From an uncultured Fibrobacterota bacterium (GTDB lineage: Bacteria > Fibrobacterota > Chitinivibrionia > Chitinivibrionales > FEN-1185): a stretch of 64,000 nt of DNA. This document shows, piece after piece, positions 1 through 7,405 of the stretch. Made by a program: the position numbers and the translations under genes. The DNA lies in the NCBI GenBank assembly GCA_963729895.1, contig CAVSQB010000011.1:115733-179732 (forward strand). The letters are read 5' to 3'. Every line of letters starts with the position of its first letter. Positions within the stretch are counted from its first letter, which is position 1. Below the pieces are notes generated by a model, which was not told the origin of the DNA, made no database searches, and was given only the letters and a program-made list of their open reading frames with translations.

Positions 1-5
1 AAAAA

Positions 6-1496
6 GTGGTCATACAACTGAGCGGCAGCAACTGCGCCCTGGCCGTTCCCGAACTGGTTCGCCAGCTTGTTGACATCGAAAACGTGCCGTGGAACAAGGC
101 ATGGAACGTGGTTACCAGGGTATTCGCCTACACGAGCAACGCGGTGTCGCGCGAGCACCTGGAAGCCTGGCCGGTGTACCTCATGTCGCAGATATTTCCT
201 CGGCACATGCAGATCATTTACGAAATCAACCAGATCCACCTTACCGGGGTCCGCGAAAAATACGGCGACAACAACGACCTGATCCGCGATCTTTCGCTCA
301 TTGCAGAAGGCGAGGTAAGGCGCGTGAAACTCGGCCATCTCGCCGCCCTGGGTTCCGGTGTCGTAAACGGGGTGTCCGGCGCGCAAACCGAAATGCTCAA
401 GACGTCGGTGCTGCCGGAATTCATGGTAGTGTCGCCCGGGAAATTCCAGACCAAAACAAACGGCGTTTCCCACCGGCGCTGGTTGCTGTGCGCGAACCGT
501 GCGCTTGGGGACCTGATTTCCGGCGCCATAGGCGACGGGTGGATCAAGCGGCCGGAGGAACTGATCAAGCTCGAGGCGTTTGCATCGGATGCGGCGTTTC
601 TCGAAAAGACCGCGAGCGTGCGGTTCGAGGCGAAGCGGGCGCTTGCGGAGTACATCAAGTTGACAACGGGCATTACCGTTGACCCGCAGGCAATGTTCGA
701 CGTGCAATGCAAGAAGATTCACCAGTACAAGCGCCAGGTCCTGCACGTGCTCCATATACTGTCGCGGTATCTGCGGGTCAAGCGGGGAGAGGTTCCCGCG
801 GCCAACCGGGTGCACATCTTTGCCGGAAAAGCGGCGCCATCGGATCAATTGGCCAAACAGATCATCAGGCTTATCAACCTCGCCGGGGAAATCGTGAATA
901 ACGATCCGGAGGTTAGCGGAGCCATCAAGGTTGTGTTTTTGCCGGACTACGGGGTTACTGTGGCCGAGAAGATCGTCCCGGCCGCCGATCTCTCGGAGCA
1001 GATAGCCACGCCCGGACAGGAAGCGAGCGGCACCGGTAACTCAAAGTTCGCCATCAACGGCGGACTGCTCATGGCCAGCAAGAGCGGGTCGAACATAGAG
1101 ATAATCGACCGTGTGGGAGCGGAAAATGTCTTTGTGTTCGGCAGAAGCTCCGCGGAACTTCCTTCTGTCAACGCTTATCAGGCCTACGACGTGCTGTCGG
1201 CCAGCGCGGCGCTCTCCGCAGTTTTCAAACTCCTCCAGGAACAACTAGACCGCCTTCCGCCGAACGCAGTAAGCTTTCGCCCGCTCCTGTCGACGCTCAT
1301 GGATTCGGACCGCTATTTCGTGCTTCTCGACTTTGACGATTATGTCCGCAAGCAGAATGAGGCCGATGTGCTGTTCGGTACGTCGAGGGAGTGGACGAAA
1401 AGAGGTCTTGTGAATATCGCGCGCTGCGGCTATTTTTCTATTGACAGGACAATCGGCGAATACGCGGCCGATATCTGGAAAGTAAAGCGGCAATAA
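6..1496 (+). CDS. glgP: Glycogen/alpha-glucan phosphorylase family (GT35), C-terminal part, 5'-truncated by the window; several active-site motifs are degenerate
   Basis: PRHMQIIYEIN, KTNG..RRWL, KKIHQYKRQ, GKAAP, EASGTGNSK (PLP Lys), FSIDRTI.EYA.DIW; the frame is open to the window edge. Confidence 0.9.
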   Translation: MVIQLSGSNCALAVPELVRQLVDIENVPWNKAWNVVTRVFAYTSNAVSREHLEAWPVYLMSQIFPRHMQIIYEINQIHLTGVREKYGDNNDLIRDLSLIAEGEVRRVKLGHLAALGSGVVNGVSGAQTEMLKTSVLPEFMVVSPGKFQTKTNGVSHRRWLLCANRALGDLISGAIGDGWIKRPEELIKLEAFASDAAFLEKTASVRFEAKRALAEYIKLTTGITVDPQAMFDVQCKKIHQYKRQVLHVLHILSRYLRVKRGEVPAANRVHIFAGKAAPSDQLAKQIIRLINLAGEIVNNDPEVSGAIKVVFLPDYGVTVAEKIVPAADLSEQIATPGQEASGTGNSKFAINGGLLMASKSGSNIEIIDRVGAENVFVFGRSSAELPSVNAYQAYDVLSASAALSAVFKLLQEQLDRLPPNAVSFRPLLSTLMDSDRYFVLLDFDDYVRKQNEADVLFGTSREWTKRGLVNIARCGYFSIDRTIGEYAADIWKVKRQ

Positions 1497-1592
1497 ACGG
1501 CAGCCGCCTCCATGCTTCGGTCGCGGGCCATTCCTATCCTGCATTATTCATAATTCATGCAGAGCGGGCAGAGTAACGATCGCGTTTTTCTT

Positions 1593-3338
1593 ATGAAAAA
1601 AGAAGAAAAGCTCACGGGCATTGCCATTGTCGGGGGAAAAGGCCTCGGGAATGCCTATTTTGTCGGCCGCGGGGTGGAGCAGCCTTCGGCCGTTTCCATT
1701 TCCAGGCAGGATGTGGGCGACCAGATCATGCGGTTCAACGAGATCCGCGAAAAAGCAAAAAAAGAGTACGGCCAACTGGCGAAACAGGCGGTTTCTTCCG
1801 TAACGCCTTCGATCCTTCCGATCTACGAACACATCCTGGACGATCCGTCGTTCATCGGCCAGGTGGTGGAAACGATTTCCACCAAGCTGTACGACCTTGA
1901 GACTTCGGTCCGGCTGGTCCTCAACGACCTTGTCAAACGATTCAACTCCGCCGGAACTCCGTATCTCCGGGAGCGCAGCGGCGACATCGTCGAGGTTTGC
2001 GAAAAGCTGATTTCCTATTTGTATCAGGACGACGGAAGGGCCAAGAGTTTCATGGAACCCGTTGTTCTCGTGGTGCTGAGAACATTCACTCCCTCCGACA
2101 TTCTTTCCTACGACAAGTCGATGATCCGGGCGGTGATCAGCGCAAGCGGCGGCAAGACCTCGCATGCGGCGATCATCGCACGCGCCTATTCGATACCCGT
2201 GGTTTCCGGGATAAAGGACATTGAGAAGAGCGTGTGTCCGGGTGACCAGCTCTTTGTGGATGCGGACAAGGGCGTTGTTCACGTGAGGCCGAGCGCGGCT
2301 GTGGTGAGCAAGGTGCCGCGGCAGAGGGCGTTGCAGGATGAGTTGGAAAAGCTGCAAAACAAGTGGCAGCGGCCGGTTTACACGCGGGACGGCATTCACA
2401 TTGAAGTGCTGGCCAATATTTCGCTTCCCGAGGATGTTGAAGAGGCGAACCGCTGCGGCGCGGACGGCATAGGACTCGTACGTACCGAATATTTGCTTTC
2501 GAACAGAAAGAGTTTCCCGGACGAGGCCGCGCAATGCTCCTACTACGAAAAAATCTTCGCAGGCATTGGGAACAAGCACTGCGTGATAAGAATCATGGAC
2601 ATCGGCGGCGATAAGGTCCCGGAGTTTTTCGACATGCCCGCCGAATTCAACCCATTCATGGGGTGGCGCGCCATCCGGATCCTTCTCGAACGCAAGGACC
2701 TTTTTGAAACGCAGTTGTCGGCCATCATGAAGGCGGGGAAGAAGCAGGATTATTCCATTATGGTTCCCATGGTCACTACATTACAGGAATGGCTGGAAGC
2801 AAAGAAAGTGATAGCTGCCGTTGCGTCCAATCTTGGTGTGAAAATGCCTCAGTGCGGAGTGCTCTTTGAGGTGCCTCTTGCCATCCTCGAAATGAACACG
2901 TTTATGAAAGAGATTGATTTTGCTTCTATTGGGACAAACGATCTCATCCAATATCTGAGCGCTGCAGACCGAAACAACTCCAAAGTGAACTATCTTTACA
3001 ATCCAATTGAGCCTGCGTTTCTCCGGATTATCAAGAACGCCATCAACGTATCGAAAGACAACGGCAAACCTCTTTCGATCTGCGGTGAAATGGCGGGGAA
3101 TGCGTTCCATTCCATTTTGCTCGTCGGACTCGGGCTCAAACGGTTCAGCGTCATTCCAAGGACTATTCCCATTCTGAAAGAGCTGATTTCACGCGTGAGT
3201 TTTGCTGAGGCCGCAGAAAGCGTTTCCCACATCGATTCCCTCGACTCAACCGAGGAAGTTTCCAGGTGGCTCAAGAGCCTGCACAAGCGGCTTCTTGGAG
3301 AACTGCTTGACAAACTTCCGCTTACCGCAGAAGTGTAG
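1593..3338 (+). CDS. ptsI: Phosphoenolpyruvate-protein phosphotransferase (PTS enzyme I)
   Basis: GGKTSHAAIIAR (phospho-His), GIGLVRTE, DIGGDK, NPFMGWRAIR, SIGTNDLIQY, CGEMAG; ATG at 1593 chosen. Confidence 0.95.
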   Translation: MKKEEKLTGIAIVGGKGLGNAYFVGRGVEQPSAVSISRQDVGDQIMRFNEIREKAKKEYGQLAKQAVSSVTPSILPIYEHILDDPSFIGQVVETISTKLYDLETSVRLVLNDLVKRFNSAGTPYLRERSGDIVEVCEKLISYLYQDDGRAKSFMEPVVLVVLRTFTPSDILSYDKSMIRAVISASGGKTSHAAIIARAYSIPVVSGIKDIEKSVCPGDQLFVDADKGVVHVRPSAAVVSKVPRQRALQDELEKLQNKWQRPVYTRDGIHIEVLANISLPEDVEEANRCGADGIGLVRTEYLLSNRKSFPDEAAQCSYYEKIFAGIGNKHCVIRIMDIGGDKVPEFFDMPAEFNPFMGWRAIRILLERKDLFETQLSAIMKAGKKQDYSIMVPMVTTLQEWLEAKKVIAAVASNLGVKMPQCGVLFEVPLAILEMNTFMKEIDFASIGTNDLIQYLSAADRNNSKVNYLYNPIEPAFLRIIKNAINVSKDNGKPLSICGEMAGNAFHSILLVGLGLKRFSVIPRTIPILKELISRVSFAEAAESVSHIDSLDSTEEVSRWLKSLHKRLLGELLDKLPLTAEV

Positions 3339-3483
3339 CGACCCTGTTTGGAACTTTTGGGCTGGGGGAGCGGCGTAGAGCCGTGATTTTGCGGGTGTGC
3401 TTGTGGGAAGCCCCAAGTAATTTGCCTTATTTTGTGCTGCATTCATAAGCGCGAGAGGGAAGCCTGCGGCGTTTTCTTGAAAA

Positions 3484-3601
3484 GAGACCACGCCCTATAG
3501 GCGTGGAGCACAACGTTACGAAAAAGCACTGACGTGCTTTCTTTGATTTCGTGGGTTTTACCCCCTCATCAAAGCCACGGCCTATGGCCGTGGTTCTTTA
3601 C
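3484..3601 (-). mobile_element. Putative non-autonomous miniature element bounded by two related hairpins resembling IS200/IS605-family ends
   Basis: CCACGCC-CTATA-GGCGTGG (3488-3506) and CCACGGCC-TAT-GGCCGTGG (3575-3593), with an internal hairpin AAAGCAC-TGAC-GTGCTTT (3523-3540); no ORF. Confidence 0.5.
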
Positions 3602-3610
3602 TCGTCAATG

Positions 3611-3635
3611 CCCCCTAAATCCCCCGAAGGGGGAC
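3611..3635. repeat. REP-like GC-rich palindrome
   Basis: CCCCCTAAA-TCCCCC-GAA-GGGGGA-C. Confidence 0.45.
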
Positions 3636-3729
3636 GTATCGGAAAAAGCATTTGGATGACAACATCAGCGCCTTGCAAGCGGGGCGAATAAAGAAAGATG
3701 CAAAATGCAGAAGTAGGCTCGACACCGTC

Positions 3730-4554
3730 TTATTTCCCCGGCCGGAGCAGTATCCTGGAAAAGAACAGCAGGTGGAATTCCAGGTTTGTCCGTGCGTATG
3801 AGGGATCGTGGCCGCCCGGCCTCTCATAATATTCGTGCCTGATGCCGAGGGCGATGAGCTTTTCGTGGGCTTTTCTGTTTCCGGCAAGTGCAAAATCGGA
3901 AACCCCGCAGTCGAGAATGATGCCCTTGTTGAGACCGCCGAGTTTTTCGCATAGCGTGAGAAAGGAATTTTCTTTCCACGCAGCCGCGTTTTCCCGGATG
4001 TCGCCCAGGACCGCCGACAAATCCCACTGGCCGGGAAACTCGGAAAGTTCCATGATGCCGCTGATGCTTCCGGCGCCGCAGAACAGATCCGGGTGCCTTG
4101 CCAGCAGCGTTGTCGCTCCGTGTCCGCCCATGCTCGAGCCGATGACGGCGCGCCCTTGCGCCCCGGCCCAGGTGCGATAGTTCTTGTCGATAAAGGGCAG
4201 GACGCCTTTGACGATGTAGGATTCAAATTGCGATTCCGGCTTGACCCGACTGTCTATGTACCACGAATTGAAATTGCCGTCAGGGCATACAAAGATGATC
4301 CGGTACCTGTCTGCGTACGCGTCGATTGACGCAACCTTTGACCACGTTGAGTAATCTCCACTGTAGCCGTGAAGCAAATAAACAACCGAAAAATGATTGG
4401 TGCTATTCTTGTATTCATCAGGGGTTACGATTGTCGCCTTAAAGCTCTTCTTCATGCCTTGGCTGGGGATGGAGACGACTGATTCCTGCGCAGGGTAGGC
4501 CGCGGCACATACAAGCAGGCAAAAAAATAGATGTTGACAAAGGAATTTCTTCAT
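3730..4554 (-). CDS. Secreted alpha/beta-hydrolase esterase (PF00756-like)
   Basis: Signal peptide MKKFLC..AYPA, YLLHG, GSSMGG nucleophile, DCGVSD, ERPGGH. Confidence 0.85.
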   Translation of the reverse strand: MKKFLCQHLFFCLLVCAAAYPAQESVVSIPSQGMKKSFKATIVTPDEYKNSTNHFSVVYLLHGYSGDYSTWSKVASIDAYADRYRIIFVCPDGNFNSWYIDSRVKPESQFESYIVKGVLPFIDKNYRTWAGAQGRAVIGSSMGGHGATTLLARHPDLFCGAGSISGIMELSEFPGQWDLSAVLGDIRENAAAWKENSFLTLCEKLGGLNKGIILDCGVSDFALAGNRKAHEKLIALGIRHEYYERPGGHDPSYARTNLEFHLLFFSRILLRPGK

Positions 4555-4599
4555 GAGGAGCGGCCCGAAGGATCCGGCACTTTCCAAAAGAACGAGACG

Positions 4600-5151
4600 C
4601 TAGTTTCGTTCCATGCCGATAAGATTGAGAAACTCGTCGCGCGTGACGTGTTCGGACCTGAAACTGCCGAGCATGGCTGAGGTGATCATCTTGGAATTCT
4701 GTTTTGTGACCCCTCGCATCATCATGCACAGGTGCTGCGCCTCGATGACGACACCGACTCCTTCGGCCTTTATGGGCTTCATGAGGCATGAGGCGATCTG
4801 CTGCGTCAGCCTTTCTTGCACCTGGAGCCTCCTGGAAAAACAATCCACGAGCCTGGCAAGCTTGCTCACGCCGTAGACCTTGTTCTTGGCAATGTAGCCG
4901 ATGTGGCACCTGCCGAAAAAGGGGAGCATGTGGTGTTCGCACATGCTGTATACTTCGATGTCTCTCACTATGATCATGTGGTCGCACGGTTCGTGGAAAA
5001 TCGCGCGCTTCAAGATAGCGCAGGGATCTTCTTTGTATCCCTGCATAAGATATTCCATCGAGCGTTTCACGCGGGCCGGCGTGTTGCGCAGCCCCTCTCG
5101 GTTGGGGTCCTCGCCGATATGCCTGAGAATCTTTCGAATCGAGTCTTCCAT
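4600..5151 (-). CDS. folE: GTP cyclohydrolase I
   Basis: REGLRNTPARV, SMCEHHMLPF, RRLQVQERLT, HLCMMMRGV. Confidence 0.97.
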   Translation of the reverse strand: MEDSIRKILRHIGEDPNREGLRNTPARVKRSMEYLMQGYKEDPCAILKRAIFHEPCDHMIIVRDIEVYSMCEHHMLPFFGRCHIGYIAKNKVYGVSKLARLVDCFSRRLQVQERLTQQIASCLMKPIKAEGVGVVIEAQHLCMMMRGVTKQNSKMITSAMLGSFRSEHVTRDEFLNLIGMERN

Positions 5152-5268
5152 GGAAGCCCGCTGAGCGAGTGGACGGAAACAACAAAACCGGCAGCCTTAA
5201 CATCATAATATATATTTTGATTCGTACCTTGGTGAACACACGTTTCGTACCGAAAGGCTCTGGCCGGA

Positions 5269-6324
5269 ATGATTTCGGGCGATTCCTACAAATCCTACTC
5301 CAAAGCCTTGTTCCTCCTTGTGGCGCTGGTTGTGGTGTTGTTTATCGGAACCGGCGTTCTCAAGATTGTACTGTCTCCGGCAAGGCCGATACGGGCTCTT
5401 TTTGGAGCGGAAGTGGTGGATGGCGTCCAGTATCGTGAAGAGCAGAAGGATTCGGTCACCAAGCGGCTTGCAGGATTCTGGCAGAACACCACTGTCGATA
5501 CGGTAATTCCGTTTGTGCAAACGACTGATAAAATTGAGTTGAAGCCCAACGGGATATTCTGGAAAGTGGAGATCACACGCATTGCTTTGCCCTCAGGAGA
5601 TTCCACATCCTGGATCGAAACAGCAACCGGGTATATGAGACCTTACTATCACACCGGTTCTGTTCCCGACAGCATTTCCGGTCAAATCCACTTTATAGGC
5701 AAGGCCGTGGCAACGAGGTTGGAAACATGCTATGTGGCCATTCCGCGAACGGATGTGTCAACATTGCTTCTTCCTCAGTTGCAGTCCAAGCCGAAGGGGG
5801 GGAGTGACACAATAGTTGTGGATACGATATGGCACCTTGTAAGCGACGGGAAACGTCTTCTGCTCGGCAACAAGCTGTTTTCCGGTTACGATACGTCCGG
5901 ACCGGCGTTGTACTCCTTTTTTCCAAAGGGTAGCACGGAATTGATCAACAACATTCACCTCGTAGGGTGCGGAACCGCATCGTCCCCGGAATCGATCATC
6001 AAACGTGATCTTACTGCAGACTTTGGAAGGATGTCGGTATCATCCCGTTCACAGGATGATCTTCTGGTTGAAATCAAAAGATACTACAGAATTCTATTCG
6101 CACAAAATCTTGCCCAACGGGTTACCGTATTCAAAAAGGGGAAAGCTGAACTCATGTTTTGCGTCACCGGGTCCGGAAAAGTGGCCGGGCCGATACGCGT
6201 CAAGAGCAATCCGTGGAACATGAAGCTCGACAAGGAACTCAAGCAGGAAGTGCAGACATGGGTCTTTCCTTCGTGTCCGGCGCAGGGAGAACCGGTGAAA
6301 GTGTCGTTTACGGTTAACTATTAG
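5269..6324 (+). CDS. Membrane-anchored protein with a C-terminal TonB_C-like (AgmX/PglI-type) domain
   Basis: N-terminal TM helix; C-terminus GKAELMFCVTGSGKV...KS...LDKELKQEVQTWVFP...VKVSFTVNY. Confidence 0.55.
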   Translation: MISGDSYKSYSKALFLLVALVVVLFIGTGVLKIVLSPARPIRALFGAEVVDGVQYREEQKDSVTKRLAGFWQNTTVDTVIPFVQTTDKIELKPNGIFWKVEITRIALPSGDSTSWIETATGYMRPYYHTGSVPDSISGQIHFIGKAVATRLETCYVAIPRTDVSTLLLPQLQSKPKGGSDTIVVDTIWHLVSDGKRLLLGNKLFSGYDTSGPALYSFFPKGSTELINNIHLVGCGTASSPESIIKRDLTADFGRMSVSSRSQDDLLVEIKRYYRILFAQNLAQRVTVFKKGKAELMFCVTGSGKVAGPIRVKSNPWNMKLDKELKQEVQTWVFPSCPAQGEPVKVSFTVNY

Positions 6325-6388
6325 GGCGGCTTTTTTAATAACCTTGTGGTGGCTGAAGGCCGGAGTCAGGTTAGGCGCACATCAAGAA

Positions 6389-6429
6389 CCTCACCCCCTT
6401 TCCCCCTCTCCCACAAGGAGAGGGGTGAG
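6389..6429. repeat. REP-like palindrome of the CCTCACCCC..CCCTCTCC..GGAGAGGG type
   Basis: Stem CCCCTCTCC (6403-6411)/GGAGAGGGG (6417-6425); alternative pairing CTCACCCC/GGGGTGAG. Confidence 0.55.
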
Positions 6430-6488
6430 AGCCATAAATAAACAAAGAACGGTATCTTCAAACGATTCGGCAGTCAGGAACGAGGCAC

Positions 6489-7313
6489 ATGGACAAACTG
6501 GAAGAACTTAAGAGAATAATCGCGCACTGGGAGTCCGCCGTGGTCGCATTTTCCGGCGGCGTGGATAGCACGTTTCTGGCGTGGGCGTGCGCGTCGGTGC
6601 TTGGCGAGAAAGTCCTGCTGGTCACGGCGCAGTCGTCCACCTATCCGGCGTCGGAACTCGACGGCGCAAAGCAATCCGCAAAGATCCTCGGGTGCAAGCA
6701 CCGGGTGATAGTGTCGGAGGAAACCGACATACCGGGGTTTTCCGACAACACGCCCAACCGGTGTTATTTCTGCAAGAGCGAGCTTTTCACCAAGATCCGG
6801 ACCATCGCCGGGGAAGAAGGGTATGCCGTTGTTTTTGACGGCAGCAATATGGACGATACCCGCGACTACCGTCCCGGAAGGCAGGCGCTCGCGGAGCTGG
6901 GCATCCGGTCGCCGCTGATCGAGGCAAAATTGACAAAAGATGAAATACGTTCCTACTCGAAGCAGGCCGGCCTGCCCACGGCCTCCAAACCCTCGTTTGC
7001 CTGTCTCGCGTCGCGTTTTCCCTACGGCGAGCGCATCACGAGGGACAAGCTGGACAGGGTGGGAATGGCCGAACAGACGCTGCGCCTGATGGGGTTCACG
7101 CAATTCCGGGTTCGCAGCCACGGCGATGTGGCCAGGCTTGAGTTTGTGGAGACCGAAATGGACAAGGGCTGGCAGCAGCGGCGGGTGATTGAAGACGCGC
7201 TCAAGCAGGCCGGGTTTACCTATGTGGCGGTTGACACAAGGGGATACCGGACGGGTGCGATGAACGAGGCGCTGGGCGAGAAGAATGCCAGGGGCTCCTC
7301 GCCGGGCGCTTGA
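6489..7313 (+). CDS. larE: LarE-family ATP-dependent sulfur transferase
   Basis: PP-loop SGGVDS, NRCYFCK, DYRPG, ACLASRFPYG, FRVRSHG, GYRTGAMN. Confidence 0.93.
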   Translation: MDKLEELKRIIAHWESAVVAFSGGVDSTFLAWACASVLGEKVLLVTAQSSTYPASELDGAKQSAKILGCKHRVIVSEETDIPGFSDNTPNRCYFCKSELFTKIRTIAGEEGYAVVFDGSNMDDTRDYRPGRQALAELGIRSPLIEAKLTKDEIRSYSKQAGLPTASKPSFACLASRFPYGERITRDKLDRVGMAEQTLRLMGFTQFRVRSHGDVARLEFVETEMDKGWQQRRVIEDALKQAGFTYVAVDTRGYRTGAMNEALGEKNARGSSPGA

Positions 7314-7405
7314 GGGAGGCGACGGGCGTCCAGGGTGAAGGTTTTGCAGCGAGCTTCCTGCGGCGCAACGGCCGAGTGAGTGATGTGTTTGACCGGAGAC
7401 ATTAG

